A stretch of DNA of 64,000 bases from a virus (taxonomy: Duplodnaviria; Caudoviricetes): the IMG/VR virus record IMGVR_UViG_3300010885_080481. One strand, given 5' to 3'. A program made the position numbers and the translations under genes. How positions within the stretch are numbered: the stretch's first letter is position 1; every line of letters begins with the position of its first letter. Positions 28,034-36,735 of this stretch are shown here, piece by piece. The notes beneath the pieces are model-generated. The model saw only the letters and a program-made list of their open reading frames with translations. It made no database searches and was not told the DNA's origin.

Positions 28034-29212
28034 TCATTCTGCAATAATAGCACCTAAATTTTGAATGGTGTTAAAAATTTTTTCTGAGAATTTTTGTGAT
28101 ACTTTTTTTGTAGCAAAAATTTCTCCGTCTTCGCAAATTCCGAAATCTAATAAAGACTTGATAGCTCTTAGACAATAATCAACAGATTGAGAATCTGCGA
28201 TAAACCTACTAGAATCCGGAATCCTTATAATACATTTGTTGTCTGCTAGTCTTTTCATTCTAGCTTCATAAACTTCTTCAGCTCCAGGAGATGAATCTAA
28301 TTTTTTCATTAGATTTTTTAAGTGAATTCTTACTTGCTGCTTTGTTTTTTTGTTTTTTATTGATATAGAATTGTTATTTATGCTTATTTCATCAACAGTT
28401 GATGAATCTGATAAACTAACAGAAGATATCAATTGACCTAAATTACTGGATATAGGATTAACTCCTACTATTACGCTAATGTCTACCATGGAGTTGATTC
28501 CATCTAAGTCGAAAGGCATAGAAATCGGATAAACAAACATTGTAGATCTTTTTCTATTAACTTCCATTGTTGATAAAACATCATCATGAAAGCCGCGAGA
28601 AAATATAATGACTTGGTGTTTGCTGTTGACTGCTTCTTCAAAAATTTTATTTAATTCAGAAACAGAATCAACAAATCCGTCGATCGTTATGACTTTTGGA
28701 TGTAGTATCCTAACAGAAGAAGTAAAAGTCTTGCATTTGAATTCATAAAATGATGAAACTTCCAGCGAAGTGGCGTTGTTGAAACTTTTTTCAACAACAA
28801 TTTTTCCATGAAATCCAGAAATTTTAATAGCTTCTAGCAGTAAACTTTTTAGTTTACTGTCATCTACATATTTAGAAACAACATTTTCAATGTCTGAAAA
28901 TTTAGGATGAAAAGTTTTCTCATCTATAAAAACTTTTCTAGTTTCAGAAAAATCTATAACATTTTTTAATGTTACAAAAAATCCGCCTGCAGACAATCTT
29001 TCAGCCAAAAAACAATTTTCTAAAATCAGTTTATAGATTAAGCTTTCTAATTCGTTTTCAAACTTAAAGTTTAAGAAATTTTGAAAAGCTGATTTTACGG
29101 CTATGTTTTCTTTAGCACTATTCAAAAACAAATTTGATTTATACAAACTACGAATTGTATAAATAACATTTTTTGTTGCTAAATCAATATCGCTTGTTAA
29201 GAAAACAGACAT
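28034..29212 (-). CDS. degenerate, truncated GroEL-like chaperonin
   Basis: LLEAIKISGFHGKIVVE, apical-domain pattern (HPKVITID...QVIIFSR...TMEVN...DISVIVG), EARMKRLA and VDYCLRAIKSLLDFG align by eye with GroEL; GDGTTT absent. Confidence 0.75.
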   Translation of the reverse strand: MSVFLTSDIDLATKNVIYTIRSLYKSNLFLNSAKENIAVKSAFQNFLNFKFENELESLIYKLILENCFLAERLSAGGFFVTLKNVIDFSETRKVFIDEKTFHPKFSDIENVVSKYVDDSKLKSLLLEAIKISGFHGKIVVEKSFNNATSLEVSSFYEFKCKTFTSSVRILHPKVITIDGFVDSVSELNKIFEEAVNSKHQVIIFSRGFHDDVLSTMEVNRKRSTMFVYPISMPFDLDGINSMVDISVIVGVNPISSNLGQLISSVSLSDSSTVDEISINNNSISIKNKKTKQQVRIHLKNLMKKLDSSPGAEEVYEARMKRLADNKCIIRIPDSSRFIADSQSVDYCLRAIKSLLDFGICEDGEIFATKKVSQKFSEKIFNTIQNLGAIIAE

Positions 29213-29218
29213 CTATAT

Positions 29219-29246
29219 ATCATAGATCAATTCTTATAAATGTTCA
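29219..29246 (-). promoter_or_regulatory. TGAACA-N16-TATGAT promoter, 6 nt before the GroEL-like ATG
   Basis: Read directly; the TGA is the upstream gene's stop. Confidence 0.6.
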
Positions 29247-29858
29247 AAATACTTTAAATTGATTCATGATATAAGCATGAAATATCTTACCAAGTACGCC
29301 GAATAAAGCTGTACCTAAAGTCAAGGCGAGCCATTTAATAGCTCCAGCCTGTCTTTCGTACCACTTTTGAAGTTCTTTTAAAACTTCAGCGTGCTCTCTT
29401 AGTATTTTTTCAACATCAGCTTCTTCTATTTCTTCTTTTTCAGCAAGCTTATCTTTACTTTCTTTCCAACTTTTTATATATTTTATTTCTTCTTCTAAGT
29501 TTTCTACTCTTTCAACTTCTGCAGTTTGATTTTCTACGTTTTTTATTCTTGCGTATAATCCGCTATCAGGATCATAAAGTACATCTCTTATATCATCGAC
29601 TTTTTCTACTAATTTTTCTTGAGATTGTTCTATTTTTTCTATCTTATACATCAAAGTAGAAAAGCCACCATTCATCGCCGGAGCTGATAGGATCCTATTT
29701 TGCATTTCAGCAATTTGCTTACGATTATGTTCTAAAGCTGCTAACGCTGCTTTAGATTCCGGTGCAGAATCAATGATTTCTTTTTTGTCCTTGCGAGGAC
29801 GACTTCTTTTTTCTGAAACAACAGAAACTTTTTTTTCAGTCGTTTTTTTAGTAGGCAT
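29244..29858 (-). CDS. coiled-coil protein with C-terminal transmembrane helix
   Basis: Basic N-terminus, long heptad-rich region, AIKWLALTLGTALFGVLGKIF hydrophobic helix. Holin-like role possible but unsupported. Confidence 0.6.
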   Translation of the reverse strand: MPTKKTTEKKVSVVSEKRSRPRKDKKEIIDSAPESKAALAALEHNRKQIAEMQNRILSAPAMNGGFSTLMYKIEKIEQSQEKLVEKVDDIRDVLYDPDSGLYARIKNVENQTAEVERVENLEEEIKYIKSWKESKDKLAEKEEIEEADVEKILREHAEVLKELQKWYERQAGAIKWLALTLGTALFGVLGKIFHAYIMNQFKVF

Positions 29859-29887
29859 ATACATCCTCATCAAGGCTAGTATTTTTA

Positions 29888-29958
29888 AAATCTAGATCTA
29901 GATTTAATAAATTTATCTAAATTTAGATTTAAGATAAATAGATCCAAATATCTTAAAT
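29888..29958. repeat. stacked AT-rich palindromes at the strand switch
   Basis: aaatctagatctagattt (29888-29905), atctaaatttagat (29915-29928), atttaagata/tatcttaaat (29927-29936 / 29949-29958). Confidence 0.85.
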
Positions 29959-29993
29959 TAAGTATTAATTCTCTACAGAAATAAGAGGTAAAG

Positions 29994-31925
29994 TTGCAGA
30001 CTTTTAATAATTCTTTATTTGAAGAAAGCGTTCGTCCGGTAGTGATACCTGATCACATAAAAGTAGTTTTTGTTGCAGATTTATTTGCTGAAGACTACGT
30101 AGGTGGAGCAGAGTTAACCACTCAAGCTCTTATTGATGAATGTCCTTTACCTTACATAAAAATTCGTTCTAGAGAATTAACGATGTCCTTGCTAGCTCAA
30201 GGGGTCGGTAAATTTTGGATATTTGGAAATTTTGCCCAAATGAACGTAGAACTAATACCTACGATCATTGGAAATCTGAAATATTCGATATTGGAGTATG
30301 ACTACAAGTATTGTAAGTACAGATCTCCCGAAAAGCATTTAGAAAAAGAAAATTCCCCTTGCGATTGTCACAACAAGTTTAACGGTAAATTAATATCAGC
30401 TTTCTACTACGGTTCCCGTGGGATTTGGTGGATGTCAGAAGCACAAAAGAACCGTTATCACATGATGTTCCCATTTTTATCTGAAAAAGATAATGTGGTT
30501 TTATCTAGCGTATTTTCTAAAGATACTTTGGGTAAAATTAGATGGCTAAGAGAACATGTTTCTAATGACAACACCGACAGAAAAAAATGGATTGTTTTAG
30601 GGTCGAATTCTTGGGTTAAAGGTGCACAAAATGCAGAAAAATGGTGCATCGATAACAAAAAAGATTATGAAGTAGTCTGGAATATTTCTTACAATGAAAT
30701 GCTAGAAAAGCTGGCAAAAGCAGAAGGATTTGTATACCTCCCAGCCGGAGCCGATACTTGTCCACGAATGGTAATTGAAGCAAAACTTTTAGGTTGTAAA
30801 CTTCAGTTAAATGATTTCGTCCAGCATAAAGATGAAGAATGGTTCAACACGGATGATCTAACAAACGTTAGCGATTATCTCTATTCGACCCCAGGTGTAT
30901 TTTGGAATGGGATTAAAAAAATGATGGAATATAAGCCATCTGTTAGTGGATACACAACTGTGTATAATGCACTTTCTCAAGGATATCCATTCGTCCAGTC
31001 TATAAGATCCATGTTAGGATTTTGTAGCGAAGTTTGTGTTGTTGATGGAGGGTCTACAGATGGCACCTGGGAAAAGTTGCAAGACCTAGCAAAAGAAAAT
31101 TCTTGTTTAAAAGTAAAGCAAGTTACTAGAGATTGGAACCACCCCCGCTTTGCAGTTTTTGACGGGCTACAAAAAGCTGAATCCAGAATGATGTGTACTT
31201 CAGAATATTGTTGGCAGATGGACTGCGATGAGATAGTACACGAAGATGATTATGAAAAAGTAATAGACCTTTGCAGAAAATTTCCAGCAAACGTGGATAT
31301 CATTTCTCTACCAGTCGTTGAGTATTGGGGCGGCTCTAGTAAAGTAAGAGCTGATATTATGCCTTGGAAATGGAGAATCAGCAGAAATAAAAAGAACATA
31401 ACCCATGGTATTCCCGTGGATGCTAGGCTTACTGATTCTGAAGGAAACACATACGCAGCTTTTGGTGACGGTTGCGATATGATTGATTCAAAAACGGGAG
31501 AAAGAATTCCTCACGTAACTTTTTATAACAACGAAGTAGACAGTGTTAGAAAATTAGCTGTTTCCGGAGACCAGGAAGCTAATGCTCAATACCAAGAGTG
31601 GTTTAATAAAGTAGTAGATAATCTTCCTGGTGTGTTTCATTACAGCTGGTTTGATATAGAAAGAAAAATAAAACTATATAAAAACTATTGGACAAAACAT
31701 TGGGAATCTTTGTACGGAAAAACTTACGTAGATAATGCTGAGTCAAATATGATGTTTGATGTTCCTTGGTCTCAAGTTACGGATGAAATGATCAAGAATC
31801 GAGCCAAGTTGCTAGCTGAAGAAATAGGCGGATGGGTTTGGCACAAAAAGTGGGATGGCAAACAAAAAACTTTCCACATCACCGTAAACAAATCTCAACC
31901 CAAAATTATGTTGACTGAAAAATGA
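29994..31925 (+). CDS. two-domain glycosyltransferase (GT-B/GT4-like + GT2)
   Basis: N-terminal DTCPRMVIEAKLLG GT-B motif; C-terminal VVDGGSTDGT and QMDCDE GT-A motifs; TTG start with SD AAGAGG. Confidence 0.85.
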   Translation: MQTFNNSLFEESVRPVVIPDHIKVVFVADLFAEDYVGGAELTTQALIDECPLPYIKIRSRELTMSLLAQGVGKFWIFGNFAQMNVELIPTIIGNLKYSILEYDYKYCKYRSPEKHLEKENSPCDCHNKFNGKLISAFYYGSRGIWWMSEAQKNRYHMMFPFLSEKDNVVLSSVFSKDTLGKIRWLREHVSNDNTDRKKWIVLGSNSWVKGAQNAEKWCIDNKKDYEVVWNISYNEMLEKLAKAEGFVYLPAGADTCPRMVIEAKLLGCKLQLNDFVQHKDEEWFNTDDLTNVSDYLYSTPGVFWNGIKKMMEYKPSVSGYTTVYNALSQGYPFVQSIRSMLGFCSEVCVVDGGSTDGTWEKLQDLAKENSCLKVKQVTRDWNHPRFAVFDGLQKAESRMMCTSEYCWQMDCDEIVHEDDYEKVIDLCRKFPANVDIISLPVVEYWGGSSKVRADIMPWKWRISRNKKNITHGIPVDARLTDSEGNTYAAFGDGCDMIDSKTGERIPHVTFYNNEVDSVRKLAVSGDQEANAQYQEWFNKVVDNLPGVFHYSWFDIERKIKLYKNYWTKHWESLYGKTYVDNAESNMMFDVPWSQVTDEMIKNRAKLLAEEIGGWVWHKKWDGKQKTFHITVNKSQPKIMLTEK

Positions 31926-32644
31926 AAGGCATAATTTTAGCAGGTGGTACAGGAAGTCGTTTATACCCACTAACAAAAATCACTAATAAATGTTTGCTTC
32001 CAATAGCCGATAAACCTATGATTTGTCACGTGTTGGAGTTAATGACTTCCGCAGGTATCGATGAAATAATGCTGATTACAGGGCCTGAAAACGCAGGCCA
32101 AGTAATGGCTTTGTTGGGTTCTGGCGCAGAATATTCTTGTTCTTTGACTTACAGAATACAAGATAAAGCTAATGGCATCGCCGCCGCTTTAAATTTATGT
32201 AAAGGATTTGTAGGAAATTCTAAATTTACGGTGATTTTAGGAGATAATATCTTTGGTGAATATTCAAAGTTGTCTTCACAAATAAAAGAGTTTTATCAAT
32301 CAGACGAAGAATTTATGCTGTTCACAAAAAAGGTACCTGATCCTCATAGATTTGGAGTGCCTGTTTATGTAAATGGTAAAGTGATAGACATCATTGAAAA
32401 GCCAAAGAACCCAAGTACAGATCGAGCCGTTGTCGGTCTTTATTGTTATTCTTCTAATGTTTTTGAAGTCATTGAAGGATTACAACCTTCAGCCCGCGGA
32501 GAATATGAAATATCAGAAGTAAATTCATATTTGGTTAAGAATAAAAAAGGAAGTTTTTTTGACATAGAGTGTGGTTGGGTTGATGCAGGAACTCATGAGT
32601 CTTATAAGAAAGCTAACGAAATGATTTGGGAGAAAGCAAAATGA
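31922..32644 (+). CDS. rmlA: glucose-1-phosphate thymidylyltransferase
   Basis: GIILAGGTGSRLYPLT, K.LLPI.DKPM, LGDNIF, SARGEYEI, WVDAGT. Confidence 0.93.
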   Translation: MKGIILAGGTGSRLYPLTKITNKCLLPIADKPMICHVLELMTSAGIDEIMLITGPENAGQVMALLGSGAEYSCSLTYRIQDKANGIAAALNLCKGFVGNSKFTVILGDNIFGEYSKLSSQIKEFYQSDEEFMLFTKKVPDPHRFGVPVYVNGKVIDIIEKPKNPSTDRAVVGLYCYSSNVFEVIEGLQPSARGEYEISEVNSYLVKNKKGSFFDIECGWVDAGTHESYKKANEMIWEKAK

Positions 32645-33468
32645 AAGTAATCATCGGATCAGGCAAAGTTGCTAATATCATAAAAAATGATGATGATGTT
32701 ATTTTGCCTCACTCTCAAATAGAGATTAAAGATGAGACCTCGGTAGAAGAAGCTCTTTCTAAATTTCCAGCTGGTACAGTTGTCATCAATACTGCTGCAA
32801 AAATTAATCTAGAATGGTGTGAAGAAAATAAAGAAGAATCTAGGTTGGTCAACGTTGATGGAGCTATAAACGTTGCTAAAGCTTGTAAAAAACATGGACA
32901 TCACTTAGTTCATATAAGCAGTGGATGTATTTTTGATGGAATGGAAACTGAAAAAATATACACAGAAGTAGATGAACCTACACCTGCATCATGGTATGCA
33001 AAAACTAAGTCAGATGCTGATGCTGCAATCATGTCGCTGGGACATGACATGATAACTATAGTTCGTCCTAGACAACTAATATCAGCAATTCCTAACCCAA
33101 CTAACATGTTAACTAAGTTTATTAACTTGCAAAATGGTGATTTCATTGATTCGAAAAACTCTATTACTTGTATAGAGGATATGAAGTTAATGATTGATCA
33201 TCTAATTAATGGAAAGCATTACGGAATTTACAATCTTGCAAACATAGGGTGGCTCAGTCCTTATCAAATAGCCAATAAAGTAAAAAGCAGAATTTCAAGT
33301 AAACTTATCGTTAATAAAATAAACTACAAAGATTATTTGAAAAATATAAAAGTAAAAAGAGTTAACACTTTGTTGAGTGTTAATAAACTCATATCGACCG
33401 GATTTATGCCTAGGAATGCAATGGCCGCCTTAGAATGGTGTCTAGAAAATTATAGGAAAATAGCATGA
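32641..33468 (+). CDS. RmlD-fold NDP-4-keto-6-deoxyglucose reductase, NRS/ER-like (probable 3,5-epimerase/4-reductase)
   Basis: VINTAAK, HISSGCIF (in place of HISTDYVF), WYAKTK, NSITC, GIYNLAN. Confidence 0.8.
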   Translation: MKVIIGSGKVANIIKNDDDVILPHSQIEIKDETSVEEALSKFPAGTVVINTAAKINLEWCEENKEESRLVNVDGAINVAKACKKHGHHLVHISSGCIFDGMETEKIYTEVDEPTPASWYAKTKSDADAAIMSLGHDMITIVRPRQLISAIPNPTNMLTKFINLQNGDFIDSKNSITCIEDMKLMIDHLINGKHYGIYNLANIGWLSPYQIANKVKSRISSKLIVNKINYKDYLKNIKVKRVNTLLSVNKLISTGFMPRNAMAALEWCLENYRKIA

Positions 33469-34394
33469 ATGTAATCATTACGGGCGGGGCAGGATTCATA
33501 GGAGGTCACGCAGTCAAGCATTTTCAAAGTTTAGGAGATTCTGTTCTAAACGTAGACAAGCTTACGTATGCCAGCAAGAAAATCGATTTACAAGATTCAA
33601 ATTTTTTGCAACTGGATGTTTGTGAAACTGAACAGTTGATAGAACAAATAAAGAAACGTAAACCTGATTTTTTGATTCATTTTGCCGCAGAAACCCATGT
33701 AGATAACTCAATAGTTAACTGCGATGATTTTATTCACTCTAATGTAAAAGGGGTTGTTTCTGTCTTAAATGCATGTAAAGCAACAGGTACTAAGTTATGT
33801 CATATTTCCACCGACGAGGTATACGGCCCAGCTTATAATAGACCTTTTAACGAAGATGATTCTTTAAATCCTTTGAATCCTTATTCTTCTACAAAAGCTT
33901 CTGGCGATTTGCTGATTAAGTCTTATAGAAATACTTACGGATTAGAATACGTTATCGTTAGACCTTCTAACAACTATGGTCCTAATCAACACACTGAAAA
34001 GTTTATTCCCAAGTTGATTGATTGCTTGAAGAAAGGAGCTCAATTTCCTCTCTACGGAGCCGGTGATCAAGAAAGAGAGTGGACTTATGCAGAAGACACA
34101 GTTAAACTAATCAGGATGTTGTTAACTTCTAGGTTAACTGAATGGAATTCAGTTTATAACTTAAGTTCAGGAATAACATTTACAAACTTAGAAACAGCTA
34201 TGCATGTTTTAAAATCTTATAATTCGATTACGCAAAGCAACATTAAATTTGAAGACGTTATAAAGACTTCAAAAGACAGACCAGGTCATGATAGAAAATA
34301 CTGGATAACTGCTAACAAATTAAATTCCGTTGTAAAATTTGACTACACTGGATTTCAATCTGGGTTAGAAAAAACAATTTCTTCTTATGTCTAA
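33465..34394 (+). CDS. rmlB: dTDP-glucose 4,6-dehydratase
   Basis: TGGAGFIG, DKLTYA, HFAAETHVDNSI, HISTDEVYG, YSSTK, NNYGP, DRPGHDRKY. Confidence 0.93.
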   Translation: MNVIITGGAGFIGGHAVKHFQSLGDSVLNVDKLTYASKKIDLQDSNFLQLDVCETEQLIEQIKKRKPDFLIHFAAETHVDNSIVNCDDFIHSNVKGVVSVLNACKATGTKLCHISTDEVYGPAYNRPFNEDDSLNPLNPYSSTKASGDLLIKSYRNTYGLEYVIVRPSNNYGPNQHTEKFIPKLIDCLKKGAQFPLYGAGDQEREWTYAEDTVKLIRMLLTSRLTEWNSVYNLSSGITFTNLETAMHVLKSYNSITQSNIKFEDVIKTSKDRPGHDRKYWITANKLNSVVKFDYTGFQSGLEKTISSYV

Positions 34395-35127
34395 AAACAA
34401 CAAATTCGTGTTTGTGGCTCCCATGTATAACGCATCCGATACTTTACCTCGGATGCTTCATTCTATTTGTGGCCAATCTTACGAAAATTGGGAAATAGTA
34501 TTGGTCGACGATGTTTCTTCAAATGAGCATAAAGCAGCAGCATCAAAAACTTGTGAAGACTTTAAATCAATTTTAGAAGGAAAATATTCACAAAAAATTA
34601 AAGTTTTTTGGAATGATGACAAGAAATGGGAAGTTGCAAATGTCTTAAAAGGCATTTCTACATGTAAAGATGATGACATTGTCTGCAGGATTGATGCAGA
34701 TGATTGGTTGACAGACTTGGATTCTCTAGCCATTATTAATTTTGCATATAACACTTCTCAATGCGAAATTTTGTGGACTGCTCATAGGTGGAGCTTTTCT
34801 GATAAAAACATAAGCAACCATATGTCTGATGATGCGGATCCTTACAAACACCCTTGGGTCTCAAGCCATTTAAAAACTTTTAGAAAATATTTGCTTAATA
34901 ACGTAAAAGACGAAAATTACAGAGGTGAGGATGGCAATTATATACGAAGAGCTGGGGACCAAGCAATTTATTTGCCTGCTCTATATAACTCAAAAAAACG
35001 AAATTTCTTGCCAAGAGTGATGTATCACTATACTATAAAAGATGTTCCTGAAACTTATCAAACATCTGATGCTATATTCCAAAGAGATGAAGCATTGTTT
35101 TTAAGAAGTAGAGGTTATGTTAAATGA
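34387..35127 (+). CDS. glycosyltransferase family 2
   Basis: APMYNA, LVDDVS, RIDADDW. Confidence 0.88.
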   Translation: MSKNNKFVFVAPMYNASDTLPRMLHSICGQSYENWEIVLVDDVSSNEHKAAASKTCEDFKSILEGKYSQKIKVFWNDDKKWEVANVLKGISTCKDDDIVCRIDADDWLTDLDSLAIINFAYNTSQCEILWTAHRWSFSDKNISNHMSDDADPYKHPWVSSHLKTFRKYLLNNVKDENYRGEDGNYIRRAGDQAIYLPALYNSKKRNFLPRVMYHYTIKDVPETYQTSDAIFQRDEALFLRSRGYVK

Positions 35128-35486
35128 ACGGTAAAAAGTTAGATGAATCTATCAGCAAATTATTAACTGTTAGATTGTCAAAAAGAAAAGGACAAAAGCT
35201 AGACAGAAGTACATGTATAGAAATTTATAATGATATATTTTTTACCTTATCAGAGGTCGTAAAAAGTGCAAGTACTCCATTGTCTAACGAATCAGTCAAT
35301 CTTTTATCTCAAATGTATTACGATTCAATAACAATAAATGATAATCAGGAGCTAGATCCTAACATCTTTACTCAAAGAGCATCATTAAAAAATATTGAAA
35401 CAAAAGAATTAACCCTAATGTCTGTTATGGTAAGTGGAACTCCTTTTGCAGTTCCTTTTATCCAAGAGGTTAAGCGGAGATCGTGA
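35124..35486 (+). CDS. hypothetical protein (120 aa)
   Basis: Overlap-coupled at both ends; no family recognised. Confidence 0.65.
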   Translation: MNGKKLDESISKLLTVRLSKRKGQKLDRSTCIEIYNDIFFTLSEVVKSASTPLSNESVNLLSQMYYDSITINDNQELDPNIFTQRASLKNIETKELTLMSVMVSGTPFAVPFIQEVKRRS

Positions 35487-36406
35487 AAATTCACTTAGAT
35501 AACGTTAACTTGAACTCCAGTTCAGGACCAAATTCTTTTGCAAAAAGATTGTCAAAAGGCCTAATAGAATCTGGACATGAGGTAGAATTACATGATGGTA
35601 GAAGTTCAGATGTTTCTTTGGTTTTTATTGAACCTAGCGGCAGACCCTTGGCAAAGAAAGTTGTTCAGCGTTTGGATGGAATCTGGTTTTCTCCAGAGGA
35701 ATTTGAGACCAAAAATAGCAATATAAAAAATCTATATCAAAACTCCAGTGGAGTGATTTGGCAATCCGAATTTGACAAAGAGATGGTCACGAAATGGTGG
35801 GGTATCCACAAAAATGGAGCTGTCATAAGAAATGGTATAGACATAAATCCAGTAAAAAAGTTTTCTATACCTGCTCTTGAACAAATAAGAAATCAATATG
35901 AGATGGTTTTTGTTTGTTCGGCTAATTGGCATCCACAAAAAAGGTTACTAGAAAATATAAATCTTTATAAGCATTTAAGAAAATTTTATAAATCAGCTGC
36001 TTTAATAGTGATGGGATCTAATCCTGTTCAAGTAGCCGATAATCACATTTTTTACGCGGGGCCACAACCTCATGAAGTTTGTTTAGAGGTATTTTCTGCT
36101 GCAAATTGGATGATTCATTTAGCGTGGCTTGATCATTGTCCTAATACGGTTGTGGAAGCACTATCACAAGGTACTCCCGTTATTTGTTCAGAACATGGTG
36201 GGACAAAAGAGTTAGTTAAAGATTTTGGAATCATCTTAAAAGAATCTAGAAGTTATAACTACGAATTAACAAATTATGATAATCCCCCTGTTATGGATTA
36301 TTCTAACTTGAATAAACTTCCTAAAAAAAATGAACTAGGAAAGCATTTCGATATTTCTATACAAAGAACTCTACAAGATTATTTAGAATTTCTTAAAAGC
36401 TTATGA
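35483..36406 (+). CDS. glycosyltransferase family 4 (GT-B)
   Basis: SGPNSF, DHCPNTVVEALSQGTPVI. Confidence 0.85.
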   Translation: MKIHLDNVNLNSSSGPNSFAKRLSKGLIESGHEVELHDGRSSDVSLVFIEPSGRPLAKKVVQRLDGIWFSPEEFETKNSNIKNLYQNSSGVIWQSEFDKEMVTKWWGIHKNGAVIRNGIDINPVKKFSIPALEQIRNQYEMVFVCSANWHPQKRLLENINLYKHLRKFYKSAALIVMGSNPVQVADNHIFYAGPQPHEVCLEVFSAANWMIHLAWLDHCPNTVVEALSQGTPVICSEHGGTKELVKDFGIILKESRSYNYELTNYDNPPVMDYSNLNKLPKKNELGKHFDISIQRTLQDYLEFLKSL

Positions 36407-36735
36407 AAAAAGTAGAAAAAGGTTGGGGTTATGAACTTTGGATTCATAATGATGAAAAGTATTGCGGAAAATTATTATTCTTTAACAAGGGCAAAAAGTG
36501 TAGCTTGCATTATCATAAATTAAAGCATGAAACTTTTTACGTTCAATTAGGATCATTAAAATGTAAGTTCATCGATGGATCTAATGAAGATAACGTCATT
36601 TTAAATGCTGGAGATTCTAAAGAAATTCATCAAGGATTGATCCACCAAATGGAAGCATTAGAAGATACAGTCATGTTTGAATTTTCTACACAACACTTTG
36701 ATGAAGACAGTTATAGAATCCAAAAAGGTGATTAA
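36403..36735 (+). CDS. cupin, sugar isomerase/epimerase-like
   Basis: WGYE, CSLHYHKLKHETFYV and IHQM cupin metal motifs. Confidence 0.8.
   Translation: MKKVEKGWGYELWIHNDEKYCGKLLFFNKGKKCSLHYHKLKHETFYVQLGSLKCKFIDGSNEDNVILNAGDSKEIHQGLIHQMEALEDTVMFEFSTQHFDEDSYRIQKGD

Noticed and set aside
36403-36735. Cupin as the missing RmlC
   Set aside because: Much shorter than RmlC, lacks its D.RG.F.E and RGLH motifs, sits with the heptose genes, and the NRS/ER-like enzyme could cover that step; not fully excluded
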